Shown here: positions 17,223-25,762 of the stretch, in pieces
How the letters are laid out: every line of letters starts with the position of its first letter
Position numbering within the stretch: the stretch's first letter is position 1
Assembly: GCA_036269075.1 (NCBI GenBank)
Contig: DATASX010000078.1
Span: 15,130-79,129 of the forward strand
Reading direction: 5' to 3'
From: Sporichthyaceae bacterium
Lineage (GTDB): Bacteria; Actinomycetota; Actinomycetes; Sporichthyales; Sporichthyaceae
DNA length: 64,000 nt
Notes under the pieces: model-generated
Databases searched by the model: none
What the model saw: only the letters and a program-made list of their open reading frames with translations
What the model was told of the DNA's origin: nothing
Position numbers and translations under genes: made by a program

Positions 17223-18833
17223 TCAGGACCGTTTGGCCTTACGCAGCTTGGCCAGGTCGCCCAGCAATGTCTGCGCCGCGAGCTTGCCCGGCAGCGCGCA
17301 CACGCCACCGGTCGGGTGCGTGCCGGCTCCGGACAAATACAGGCCGGGCACCGGGGTGCGGTACTTACCGAACCCGGGCGCCGGGCGCATCGGGCCGAAG
17401 CGGGTGATCAGCGGGTCGACGTGGTAGACGTTCCCGGCCGGGGCGTTGAACCGCTTCTCCAGGTCCGGGCCGCAGAGCACGGCACGGCCGATCTCATGGG
17501 TGTCGAGACCGACGTAGTACTGCGCGGCGTCCTTGAGCACCGTCCGGCCGACCTCGTCGCGCACCTCCTCCCACGGGGTGACCGGGTTCACCGGCGGGAT
17601 GCCCGACCACAGCCAGAAGGTGTCGCCGTCGGCGGGAGCCTGGGTCGGGTCGACGCGGCTCGGCACGATCGAGCAGTGCACCGGCATCGGGTGGTACCAC
17701 TCGCCGCGGACCGTCATGTCCCACGCCGCGCTCTGCTCCTCGAGGGTTGCCCAGGCGACGAGGATGCCGGTCGGGTCGAGCTTGTCCTTACGCCACTGCC
17801 GGTGCTTCTCCATCGTGATCTTGCCGCTGGTCGCGACGTTGATCTTCAGCGACGTCGCGTGGGTCTTGCGGATCGGGATGTCCTTGGCCCGCGCCTCGAG
17901 CTTGTGGTCCAGTGTGCCCGCGGGCAGCAGGCGGGTGAGCGTGATGATCGGGTTGCAGGTGGTCATGACGCCGTCGCGGGCGCGGATCTTCTCGCCGGAC
18001 TCCAGCGTCACACCGACGAGCCGGTCGCCCTCGAGGTTCAGTTCGGCGACGGGGGAATTCACCCGCACCTCGCCACCGTGGGCGAGGAAACACTGGTGCA
18101 GCGCCTTGGGCAGCGCTCCGGTGCCGCCGACCGGCATCGCGTTGGCGACGCGCTGCACGATGCCTAGGTAGATCATCGCCCAGGCCGTCATGTCCAGCTT
18201 CAACTGGGAGAACGCCGCCATCGCTGACAGCGCGCCCTTGGGCAGCTCCGTCTCGAAGGTCGAGTCCAGGAATTCGAAGTGGGACGCGCCGACGATGTGC
18301 TTGAGCCCCCACATCTTGCGCAGGTGCGGGACCGCCTTCGCGGTCTCCTTCAGGAATTCCTTGCTGAACGGTCGCGTCGGATGCACCTTCATGTACTCGA
18401 TGACCGGGCCGATCGCGTGGTACATCGCGTTGGACATGTCCAGCCACGCTCGCGCGTCCTTCGGCGAGAAGTAGCGCAGTTCGTCGGCGGTCCTGCTCGC
18501 GTCCTTCCAGATCGCCAGCGAGCTGCCGTCGGGCGCGAGCTGGATGTGCGCCGGGTCGACGGGGATCTCGCGCAGGCCGTACTTGTGCAGCTCCAGATCC
18601 TCGGCGACGCCGGAGAGCCGGAAGATGCCGGTCAGCTGGATCGCACCTTCGTTGAACAGGTGCGCCGGGGCCTCGGGGATGATCGGGTTGGTCGCGGTCA
18701 TGCCGCCGACCTGCGAACCCGCCTCCAGGATCAGCACCTGCTTGTTCGCCTTGGCGAGGTAGCAACCGGCGGTCAGGCCGTTGTGGCCTGCGCCGACGAC
18801 GATGACGTCGGGGTTCGGGGTGAGGGTGACCAT
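17223..18833 (-). CDS. phytoene-desaturase-family NAD(P)/FAD-dependent oxidoreductase
   Basis: Internal ATG at 18833 (MVTLTPNPDVIVVGAGHNGLTAGCYLA) is preceded by AAGGAGGA. C-terminal GLYLSGAGTHPTGGV. The 5' extension of the ORF track (to 19157) is Arg-rich shadow sequence that overlaps the TetR gene. Confidence 0.85.
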   Translation of the reverse strand: MVTLTPNPDVIVVGAGHNGLTAGCYLAKANKQVLILEAGSQVGGMTATNPIIPEAPAHLFNEGAIQLTGIFRLSGVAEDLELHKYGLREIPVDPAHIQLAPDGSSLAIWKDASRTADELRYFSPKDARAWLDMSNAMYHAIGPVIEYMKVHPTRPFSKEFLKETAKAVPHLRKMWGLKHIVGASHFEFLDSTFETELPKGALSAMAAFSQLKLDMTAWAMIYLGIVQRVANAMPVGGTGALPKALHQCFLAHGGEVRVNSPVAELNLEGDRLVGVTLESGEKIRARDGVMTTCNPIITLTRLLPAGTLDHKLEARAKDIPIRKTHATSLKINVATSGKITMEKHRQWRKDKLDPTGILVAWATLEEQSAAWDMTVRGEWYHPMPVHCSIVPSRVDPTQAPADGDTFWLWSGIPPVNPVTPWEEVRDEVGRTVLKDAAQYYVGLDTHEIGRAVLCGPDLEKRFNAPAGNVYHVDPLITRFGPMRPAPGFGKYRTPVPGLYLSGAGTHPTGGVCALPGKLAAQTLLGDLAKLRKAKRS

Positions 18834-18904
18834 GGCCACACGATCCTCCTTTCTGATTGCAGAATCAAGTTTGATATCGAAATCATCTGTGCGAAACTGA
18901 TCGG

Positions 18905-19549
18905 GTGACGGAGGACTCCGACGGCCTCGGCCGACGTGAGCGGCGAAAGCTCGAGGCCCGCGCCCGGCTGCTCGCCGCCACGCGGCAGATGCTCGCCGAG
19001 CAGGGCGCTGTCGACCTGAAAATCGCGGACATCGCCAAGGCCGCCGACGTCGGCTTCGGCACCTTCTACAACCACTTCGAGTCCAAGGACGCGATTGTCG
19101 AAGCGGTCCTCGCCGACGTGCTCGCCACTGCGGCGACGGCGATCGGCTCGTTCGCACTCGAATTTGCCGACCCCGCCGAGACCGCGTCCTTCTCCTACCG
19201 CCGGTTCGTGCTGTTCGCCCGCGAGGAGCCCGAGCTCGCGGCGGTCCTCACCAAGCTCGCCGGCGCCGAGGAGCTGTTCGAGGAGTCGTTACTCCCTTAC
19301 GCGCGCAAGACGCTCGAGCGTGGCCGCGAGACCGGACGCTTCGACATCGAGGACCTGGATCTCTGCCTGACATCGGTGGCCGCGGCCGCGTTCGCCGCGA
19401 TCAAGGGCGTGCTCGCCGGCCGTTTCGGCCCCGACGCCGACGCCGTCGGGGCGGAGATGATGCTGCGCGCGTTCGGGCTGACCAAACGGGAGGCACGAAA
19501 GATCGCCCGGGGACCGCTGCCCGCTCTGGACCTGCACGTCTCCGACTGA
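18905..19549 (+). CDS. TetR-family transcriptional regulator
   Basis: 214 aa. LLAATRQMLAEQGAVDLKIADIAKAADVGFGTFYNHFESKDAI. Divergent from the flavoprotein gene. Confidence 0.85.
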   Translation: MTEDSDGLGRRERRKLEARARLLAATRQMLAEQGAVDLKIADIAKAADVGFGTFYNHFESKDAIVEAVLADVLATAATAIGSFALEFADPAETASFSYRRFVLFAREEPELAAVLTKLAGAEELFEESLLPYARKTLERGRETGRFDIEDLDLCLTSVAAAAFAAIKGVLAGRFGPDADAVGAEMMLRAFGLTKREARKIARGPLPALDLHVSD

Positions 19550-19594
19550 GGGGCACCGCCCTGGTGCGCCACTCGCACGCGACGGTGCGCCGGC

Positions 19595-20164
19595 CTAACT
19601 GATCCCGCTGATCCCGGCCAGCTGGCGGCGAACGTCGCGCACCGGTGACCCCGGATGCAGCACCCGCCGCAGAGTGGTGCCGATCATGAACGCCAGCACT
19701 GCCTCGGACCGCACCTTCCAGTCCTTGACGCGGCAGTCCTTGAGCAGCCCGGCCAGGACCTCGCGCAAGGCGACCTCGATCGCGACCGCGGGCTCCCGGC
19801 GCCCGGCCCGCACGCAGGCGATCGAGTAGTCGAACCAGAGCATCGTGCGCTCGGGCTGCTCGCCCAGTGCCAGGTGGTACCGCTCGGTCACCGCCCAGAA
19901 CCGGGCGACCGGGTCGTCGACGCCGGCCGCGGTCGCCCGCAGGTCGGCGACGAAGTCGTGCAGATGCGAGGCCATCGCCGCATCGACGATCTCCTCCATC
20001 GAGGCGAAGTAGTAGTGGATCGCGCTGCGGCTGAACGCGCTCTCCTCCGCCAGCACACGGGCGGTGCACCCGGCGAGGCCCGCGCGCAGCAGGACGTCCT
20101 TCGCGGCGGCCACGATCTGGCGCTGCTTCTCGCGCTGATTGGGGGAGACCTCGGCGATGGTCAT
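19595..20164 (-). CDS. TetR-family transcriptional regulator
   Basis: Internal ATG at 20164 (MTIAEVSPNQREKQRQIVAAAKDVLLRAGLAGCTARVLAEESAFSRSAIHYYFASMEEI). 189 aa. The rest of the 593-aa ORF is shadow sequence. Confidence 0.8.
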   Translation of the reverse strand: MTIAEVSPNQREKQRQIVAAAKDVLLRAGLAGCTARVLAEESAFSRSAIHYYFASMEEIVDAAMASHLHDFVADLRATAAGVDDPVARFWAVTERYHLALGEQPERTMLWFDYSIACVRAGRREPAVAIEVALREVLAGLLKDCRVKDWKVRSEAVLAFMIGTTLRRVLHPGSPVRDVRRQLAGISGIS

Positions 20165-20182
20165 GGGCTCAGGGTAGACGTA

Positions 20183-20220
20183 TTGGGCCAGCTGGCCCAA
20201 GATATGGGCCAAGTGGCCCA
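20183..20220. promoter_or_regulatory. two tandem palindromic operators (TGGGCCA-N2-TGGCCCA)
   Basis: TTGGGCCAGCTGGCCCAA (20183-20200) is a perfect 18-bp palindrome. TGGGCCAAGTGGCCCA (20205-20220) has 7+7 matching arms. Both lie in the 60-nt gap between the divergent TetR and LLM genes. Confidence 0.6.
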
Positions 20221-20224
20221 ACCG

Positions 20225-21430
20225 ATGGAGGCGAGCCCGGTGCGCGACGTCAAGTACGGACCCTGCGGGCACATGTTCGACCCCGATCTGAACCGCGCGA
20301 TCGGAGCGCTGTACGAGCGGCAGGGCTACGACTTCATGATCTGGTCCGACCAGATGATGCTGACGATCCCGCGCTCGCTGTGGACGCCGGACCTGGTGCC
20401 GGCCAGCGCGGTATGGGACATCGACACGTTCATGGACACCTGGCCGCTGATGACCGACGTGGCCATCCACACCACCGAGATCCAGCTCGGTACGACGGTC
20501 TTCGACGCGATCCGCCGGCCGCCGGCGAACCTGGCACAGTTGGCCCTGACGCTGGATCACTATTCGAAGGGGCGTTTCTTTCTCGCGATGGGTGCGGGCG
20601 AGGTCAAGCAGTTCACGCCCTACGGCGTCGCGCACGACAAGCCGTTCGCGCACCTCGAGGAGTCCGTGAAAATCATCAAGCTGCTGATGGACGCCGAGGG
20701 TGTCGTGAACTACGACGGTCCGATCTGGAGCCTGCGGAACGCGGTGCTGCCGCTTATGCCCTACGGCGCGAAGCGTCCGCCGATCCTCATCGCGGGTGGT
20801 CCCGGCCGCGCGGTACGGATAGCGGCGACGATCGCCGACGGCTGGATCACCTACGTGCCGACCTGCGGCAGCCCGGACTGGTACGGCGAGCAGGTCGCCG
20901 AAGCGCGCCGCCTGGCCGAGGAGTCCGGCCGCGACCCCGACGAACTGATCTTCTACCTGCTCGCGATGAACATCATCGAGACCACGCAGGAACGGGTGGA
21001 CGCGCTGGTCGCGAGCCCGATCGCCCGTTGGGACTCGGCCGCGGTCATCCCCGGCCCGCAGTGCTACCGGGACTGGGGGATGGGCGAGCACCCGATCCGC
21101 CCGGACTACGCCTATCCGGCGCACCTGATCCCGACCGACTGGTCGCGTGCCGACGCTCTCAAGATCATCGACGCGACGCCGGTGGAGGTGGTCCGGCGGG
21201 CGCGGGCCTGTGGGACCTCGCAGCAGGTGGCCGCCCAGTTGCAGCCCTACATCGACGCGATCCCCGCAGCCAACCAGTGCTGGATCAACGTCATCAACTA
21301 CGCCAGCTTCCTCGGCGGCGGCGCGTTCGGGGATCCGGACTCGCAGGTGGACCTGGTGCTGGAGACCTGCAACCATCTGCGCGAGATGAACGGGCAGCCG
21401 GTCAAGCGTTCCGCACTCGCGGCGCCCTGA
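20225..21430 (+). CDS. LLM-class (luciferase-like, possibly F420-dependent) oxidoreductase
   Basis: Internal ATG 20225 (MEASPVRDVKYGPCGH...). About 401 aa with luciferase-like features (LALTLDHYSKGRFFLAMGAGE ... ADGWI). The start is uncertain; GTG 20240 is also possible. Confidence 0.75.
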   Translation: MEASPVRDVKYGPCGHMFDPDLNRAIGALYERQGYDFMIWSDQMMLTIPRSLWTPDLVPASAVWDIDTFMDTWPLMTDVAIHTTEIQLGTTVFDAIRRPPANLAQLALTLDHYSKGRFFLAMGAGEVKQFTPYGVAHDKPFAHLEESVKIIKLLMDAEGVVNYDGPIWSLRNAVLPLMPYGAKRPPILIAGGPGRAVRIAATIADGWITYVPTCGSPDWYGEQVAEARRLAEESGRDPDELIFYLLAMNIIETTQERVDALVASPIARWDSAAVIPGPQCYRDWGMGEHPIRPDYAYPAHLIPTDWSRADALKIIDATPVEVVRRARACGTSQQVAAQLQPYIDAIPAANQCWINVINYASFLGGGAFGDPDSQVDLVLETCNHLREMNGQPVKRSALAAP

Positions 21431-21432
21431 CC

Positions 21433-22305
21433 ATGCCCAGTGCCGGGTCGTTCGACCTGCCTCAGCACCCGGACGGGCTGAGGTTTCCGCACACGTCGCA
21501 GATCGTTGTCACCTCGGTGATGGGCGCGCTGGTTCTGGTCTTCGCCTGCTACGCCGTGCGCGAGATCGTCCGGCATCGCAGCTACCTGCTCGCGCTTCTA
21601 CTGGTCGGCGGCGGAATCTCCTACCTCAACGAGCCGATCGATGACGTCCTCGGCTGCCTCTACCACCCCGTCGACGGTCAGTGGACGGTGCTGGACACCT
21701 TCGCCAAGGTGCCGCTGTGGGGCCTGGGCATCTACATCGTGTTCTTCGGCGGCATGCCCTATCTGATCCTGAAGGCCCTTGACCGCGGCGTGACGCGACG
21801 TCAGTTATGGCAGTGGGTGGGCATTCTGTTCGTGGTCGACGTAGCTGTCGAGATCCCGATCCTGGCCCGCGACATGTACGTCTACTACGCCGACCCGCCC
21901 TTCGACCTCGCCGGCTTCCCGCTCTACTGGCTGTTCATCAACGTCGGCGGACCGTTCGAGGTCGCGGTGCTCCTCTACGCGGCCCGTCACCTGTTCACCG
22001 GATGGCGCGCGGCCTACCTGCTCGCGTTGCCGATGGTGTGCAACGCCGCGGGCAGCATCGCCGTGGGCTGGCCGATCTACAGCGCGCTGAACGCGCAGGC
22101 CTCCGAACCGGTGAAGTGGGTCGCCGGCGCCGCCACGATCGCGCTCGGCTACCTGTTGCTCGACCTCACCATCACCTGGGCCGCGCGCAAGTCAGGTCAG
22201 GCAGAACCCGACCGCGACGTCGCGTACAGCGTGTTCCAGACGACGTCGGTGGCCGCGTCCAGCAGCAGTTCCGCCTCGTCGCTGTCGGCCTTGTCCACCA
22301 ACTGA
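21433..22305 (+). CDS. polytopic integral membrane protein, unknown function
   Basis: ATG 21433 lies 3 nt after the LLM stop. About 290 aa with roughly 7 hydrophobic segments. The Ser-rich tail overlaps the convergent TetR gene by about 109 nt. Confidence 0.55.
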   Translation: MPSAGSFDLPQHPDGLRFPHTSQIVVTSVMGALVLVFACYAVREIVRHRSYLLALLLVGGGISYLNEPIDDVLGCLYHPVDGQWTVLDTFAKVPLWGLGIYIVFFGGMPYLILKALDRGVTRRQLWQWVGILFVVDVAVEIPILARDMYVYYADPPFDLAGFPLYWLFINVGGPFEVAVLLYAARHLFTGWRAAYLLALPMVCNAAGSIAVGWPIYSALNAQASEPVKWVAGAATIALGYLLLDLTITWAARKSGQAEPDRDVAYSVFQTTSVAASSSSSASSLSALSTN

Positions 22306-22865
22306 TAGAGACCGCGCTCGAGCATCCAGACGATCCACTTCGCGGTGCGCACCGGGTCCAGCGTCGCGTCCGCACTGCCCTGGCTCTGCGCTTCCGCGAG
22401 GTGCACCGCCAGGCCCTCGGAGACCTGGCCCATGAGCAAGCCCTGCTGGGTGCGAACGCGCTCGTCGTAGGTGGCCACCTCGACCATCGCGCCGAAAATG
22501 ATGTGCGCGCGGCGATAGGTGTCGAAGGGCACCTGGATCCGGGCGCGCAGGTCGGCCTTGTTCCCGTCGTGCGGGAACTCCCACCAGTTGTCCCCGCTGG
22601 CGACCACGTCCGCGACCGCGTCGCCGGCCATCGCGGCCAGCAGGTCGATCTTGTCGTCGAAGTAGTTGTAGAACGCCGACCGGGACATGCCGCCGGCCTT
22701 GATGATCCGCTCGACGCTGAGGTCCCCGTAGGGCTCGCCATCGGCGGCGAGCTTCTCGATCACCGGAATCAAGTGCCGGCTCAGCTGGCGCCGCCGGTCC
22801 TCGCGGGACACGGCAAAGGGCCGGGCGGCGGGGGCATCGACGGACTTCTCAGCGGACTGGGGCAC
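22197..22865 (-). CDS. TetR-family transcriptional regulator
   Basis: 222 aa. VIEKLAADGEPYGDLSVERIIKAGGMSRSAFYNYFDDKIDLL. Confidence 0.85.
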   Translation of the reverse strand: MPQSAEKSVDAPAARPFAVSREDRRRQLSRHLIPVIEKLAADGEPYGDLSVERIIKAGGMSRSAFYNYFDDKIDLLAAMAGDAVADVVASGDNWWEFPHDGNKADLRARIQVPFDTYRRAHIIFGAMVEVATYDERVRTQQGLLMGQVSEGLAVHLAEAQSQGSADATLDPVRTAKWIVWMLERGLYQLVDKADSDEAELLLDAATDVVWNTLYATSRSGSA

Positions 22866-22900
22866 GAATCCAGGGTACCGATTTGTCCGCCGGCGTACAG

Positions 22901-22928
22901 CGTGTCTTGACAGACAGACACCGTGTCT
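22901..22928. promoter_or_regulatory. inverted/direct repeat cluster, candidate TetR operator
   Basis: CGTGTCT (22901-22907), N8, AGACAC (22916-22921), then CGTGTCT (22922-22928). The inner TGTCT-TGAC-AGACA spans 22903-22916. It lies between the divergent TetR (22865) and the flavoprotein (22934). Confidence 0.4.
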
Positions 22929-22933
22929 CCACC

Positions 22934-24295
22934 ATGGACACCATGTCCGAACAGACCGTCCCAGCGGCGGCCGACCCGGTCTTCGTCATCGGCGCGGGAC
23001 CGTCCGGGCTCGCTGCTGCCTACCGACTGCACCAGGCCGGCCGGCGCGTCGTCGTGCTGGAATCCCGCGACCGGGTGGGCGGTCAGCTGCTCACCGTCCG
23101 ACGGGACGGATTCCTCATGGAGGCCGGCACGACGATCCTCCCGGAGGCCTACGGCAGCGTCATGAAGCTGGTTCGCGACCTTGGGATGGCCGACGAGCTG
23201 ATCCCGGCCAACTCGTTGATGGGCTTCATCCGCGGGAGCCAGATGCACTACCTGCGCGCGGACAAGTTGGCGCTGGACGCGGCCCGGACCAAGCTGCTTT
23301 CGACGCGGTCCAAGCTGAAGGTGGCCAAGCTGGTCCGGGACGCGTTCCGGGTGCGCAAGCTGCTGTCCTACGAGGACCTCTCGGTCGCGGGCAAGTACGA
23401 CGTGGAGACTCCGGCGCAGTACTGCGAACGTCGCGGTCTGGACGGCGAGCTCTACGACTACCTGATCGAACCGACTGTGCGTGGTGGCGCCGGGGTTCCC
23501 GCCGAGATGATCTCGGTGGTCGAGTTCTTGTTCCTCTGGCAGAAGGTGCTCGGGACCAAGCTGTTCGCGTTCCGCGACGGCTACTCCTCGTTCCCCCAGC
23601 GGTTGGCCGCGGCACTGCCGGACGTGCGGTTGAACTGCAACGCGGTCGAGGTGGTCGAGACCGGCGACGGCGTGGAGGTCACCTATCTCGGCCCGGACGG
23701 GTTGATCACCGAACGCGCCGCGGGGGCGGTGGTGAGCTCGATGGGCAACCTGGTTCCGGACCTGGTGCCGCAGCTGGAGCCGGACCGAGCCAAGTTCCTG
23801 CGCGAGCTCAACTACACCTCGACGATGTCGATAAACCTTGCGCTGTCGCGAATCCCGCAGTGTCCCGCCTCGTTCGTCGTGGTGCCGAAGCCGGTGTCGG
23901 AGGGTCTGTTCGCGGTCATTCTCGAGCACAACAAGGCACCCGGGCGGGCGCCTGCCGGCAAGGGCCTGATCTCGCTGTTCGTCATGAACCAGTGGGCGAT
24001 CGACCGGATGGACGCGACCGACGACGAGGTTCTCGACGCCGCGCTGGCCGAGCTGGACAAGGTCCTGCCGGGCGTTCGCGCCGACGTCGAGTTCAGCCGG
24101 ATCAATCGCTGGTACCCGGTGCTGGTCTACAGCCACCCGGGTCTGTACCGGGACCTCGGCCGCTTCCATGCGGCCCGGGATCTGACCAGTCGGATCCACC
24201 TGGCGGGCTCGTACAACTCCTCCGGCAACGTCAACACCGCCACCACGGCCGGCGAGCGGGCCGCTCGTGAACTGCTGGCCGCCCTGCCGCGCTGA
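22934..24295 (+). CDS. FAD-dependent oxidoreductase (amine-oxidase/protoporphyrinogen-oxidase-like fold)
   Basis: ATG 22934 (MDTMSEQTVPAAADPVFVIGAGPSGLAAAYRLHQAGRRVVVLESRDRVGG). C-terminal HLAGSYNSSGNVNTATTAGERAA. Confidence 0.8.
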   Translation: MDTMSEQTVPAAADPVFVIGAGPSGLAAAYRLHQAGRRVVVLESRDRVGGQLLTVRRDGFLMEAGTTILPEAYGSVMKLVRDLGMADELIPANSLMGFIRGSQMHYLRADKLALDAARTKLLSTRSKLKVAKLVRDAFRVRKLLSYEDLSVAGKYDVETPAQYCERRGLDGELYDYLIEPTVRGGAGVPAEMISVVEFLFLWQKVLGTKLFAFRDGYSSFPQRLAAALPDVRLNCNAVEVVETGDGVEVTYLGPDGLITERAAGAVVSSMGNLVPDLVPQLEPDRAKFLRELNYTSTMSINLALSRIPQCPASFVVVPKPVSEGLFAVILEHNKAPGRAPAGKGLISLFVMNQWAIDRMDATDDEVLDAALAELDKVLPGVRADVEFSRINRWYPVLVYSHPGLYRDLGRFHAARDLTSRIHLAGSYNSSGNVNTATTAGERAARELLAALPR

Positions 24296-24322
24296 AGCAA
24301 CACCGTCCGGTCTGTCCGTCAG

Positions 24323-25762
24323 TTGTCCCCCGATCGAGGAGCGTGTCCGTTGGCCGGCCGCCACACCGCACGACGGCGCCGAACCTGGCGTCGCGCCGCC
24401 GTCCTGGCCGGCGCATCCGTCCTGGTCGTCAGCGCCGGTGCCGCGCTTGCCGTCGCCCCGCCGGCCCAAGCCGCGGACAACAGTTTCGACGCTGTCGCCA
24501 GCGCCTACGGCATCAACAACGGGATCTCCAACCCGTCGTTCCCGCTGAACCTGGTGCTGACCGGGTCCGGCCCGGTGTCCTCGGCTCACCTGACCAGCGT
24601 CGGTGGCTCGGACGCGTTCGCGTCGTTCCCTTATCCGGGCGACACGATCGTCGGTGCGCCCGGACTGATGTCGGGGTTGTTCGGGGTCTCGTTCCCGAAC
24701 TACCCGCTGTACGTGGCGACGAGCGCCGGTGAGGCACCTCGGTCGGCGAACTACCCGGGCATCACGCTGAACTCGCGCAGCGACGCGTTGGTCGCGGAAT
24801 CCCGCGCACTGGTCGGGACCGATGTCAGCGGTTTCGAATCCACCTCGCGGATCGAGGTGGACGGGGACCGCGGCGTCACCTCGCAGGCTCGGACGGTGTT
24901 CAAGACCCTGCAGTTCGGCGACGTGTTCACGCTGTCCGGCGTGCGGTCGCTGGCCACGGTCGTCGCCGACGGCAACACCGGAAAACTCACCCGCTCCTCG
25001 GAGATGAGCATCGGCGCGATCACCGTTCCCGGGATGCGGATCGTGATCCCGAAGCAGACGCCCGGCACGGTGCCGCTGCCGATCCCGGTGCCGGGCTTCG
25101 GCCAGGTGCAGCCGCTGAAGTTTCCGCCGATGCCGGTTCCGTCCGGCGGGCAGACGCTCGACGCGCCGGCCCTCGGCTTCACCGACGGCGTTTTCACGGC
25201 GACCTTGCCCGGGCAGTCGGGCCACGACTACGCGATCCCGTCCGGGCCGGTGCTGAAGGCTTTCGCCGACCGGGGAATGAAAGTGACGTTCCAACAGGCC
25301 GCCGACACCACGAACGGCGTCGTGGCCCCGGCCGTCACGTTCACCACCGATTTCCCGGCCCCGCCGGCGAATCCGTACTACAACGGGGCCACCCACGCGA
25401 CCTACACCCTCGGCGGATCCCTGGCCGAGGTCGCGTTCGACGTGCCCAAGCCCGTTACCGCCCTCGGCCCGGCGCCGGCGGCGGATTCCCCGACCAGCAC
25501 TGGTGCCGTGCCTGCGGCCGTCCCGATCCCGGGTGTCTTCGCACCCGGTCTGCCGTCGGTCACCGATCCTGTCCCCGCGGCCGGCCCGCCGGTTCGGACC
25601 GTGCCGGCCTCCGCGCAGCCGGCCGACCTCGTCGCGCTGCGGTCACCGCTGCTGGTGGCCGACACGCAGAACATCTACCTCGCCGTTGTCGCGGTCGCGA
25701 TTGCTGTCCTCGCGGTCGGTACCGGCCTTCGCCGTCTGGGGGTTCTCCGGCCATGGAAGTGA
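24323..25762 (+). CDS. module A protein 1: secreted, C-terminally membrane-anchored envelope protein (unknown family)
   Basis: Arg-rich n-region (ARRRRTWRR) with a hydrophobic signal ending APPAQA|AD. About 330-aa domain, then a Pro/Ala stalk, then a C-terminal TM (IYLAVVAVAIAVLAVGTGL) and a basic tail. Paralog of 55976..57424. The start is uncertain: TTG 24323, or TTG 24350 behind GAGGAG. Confidence 0.75.
   Translation: MSPDRGACPLAGRHTARRRRTWRRAAVLAGASVLVVSAGAALAVAPPAQAADNSFDAVASAYGINNGISNPSFPLNLVLTGSGPVSSAHLTSVGGSDAFASFPYPGDTIVGAPGLMSGLFGVSFPNYPLYVATSAGEAPRSANYPGITLNSRSDALVAESRALVGTDVSGFESTSRIEVDGDRGVTSQARTVFKTLQFGDVFTLSGVRSLATVVADGNTGKLTRSSEMSIGAITVPGMRIVIPKQTPGTVPLPIPVPGFGQVQPLKFPPMPVPSGGQTLDAPALGFTDGVFTATLPGQSGHDYAIPSGPVLKAFADRGMKVTFQQAADTTNGVVAPAVTFTTDFPAPPANPYYNGATHATYTLGGSLAEVAFDVPKPVTALGPAPAADSPTSTGAVPAAVPIPGVFAPGLPSVTDPVPAAGPPVRTVPASAQPADLVALRSPLLVADTQNIYLAVVAVAIAVLAVGTGLRRLGVLRPWK

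Noticed and set aside
16242-18167. 641-aa plus-strand ORF (also 44449..45984 + and 45131..46681 -)
   Set aside because: It overlaps the crotonase and flavoprotein genes (the other two overlap the CocE/NonD hydrolase gene: 44449..45984 antisense, 45131..46681 on the same strand in another frame). Shadow-ORF composition.
22781-25396. 871-aa minus-strand ORF spanning the TetR, flavoprotein and P1a loci
   Set aside because: It has the Arg/Gly/Pro/Asp-rich composition typical of antisense 'shadow' ORFs in high-GC DNA. It lies fully antisense to well-supported plus-strand genes with recognisable motifs. I see no motif or RBS.
24323-25762. P1 as a sortase-anchored surface protein
   Set aside because: No LPXTG-like motif precedes the C-terminal TM segment in either copy. 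Anchoring appears to rest on the TM helix and basic tail alone.
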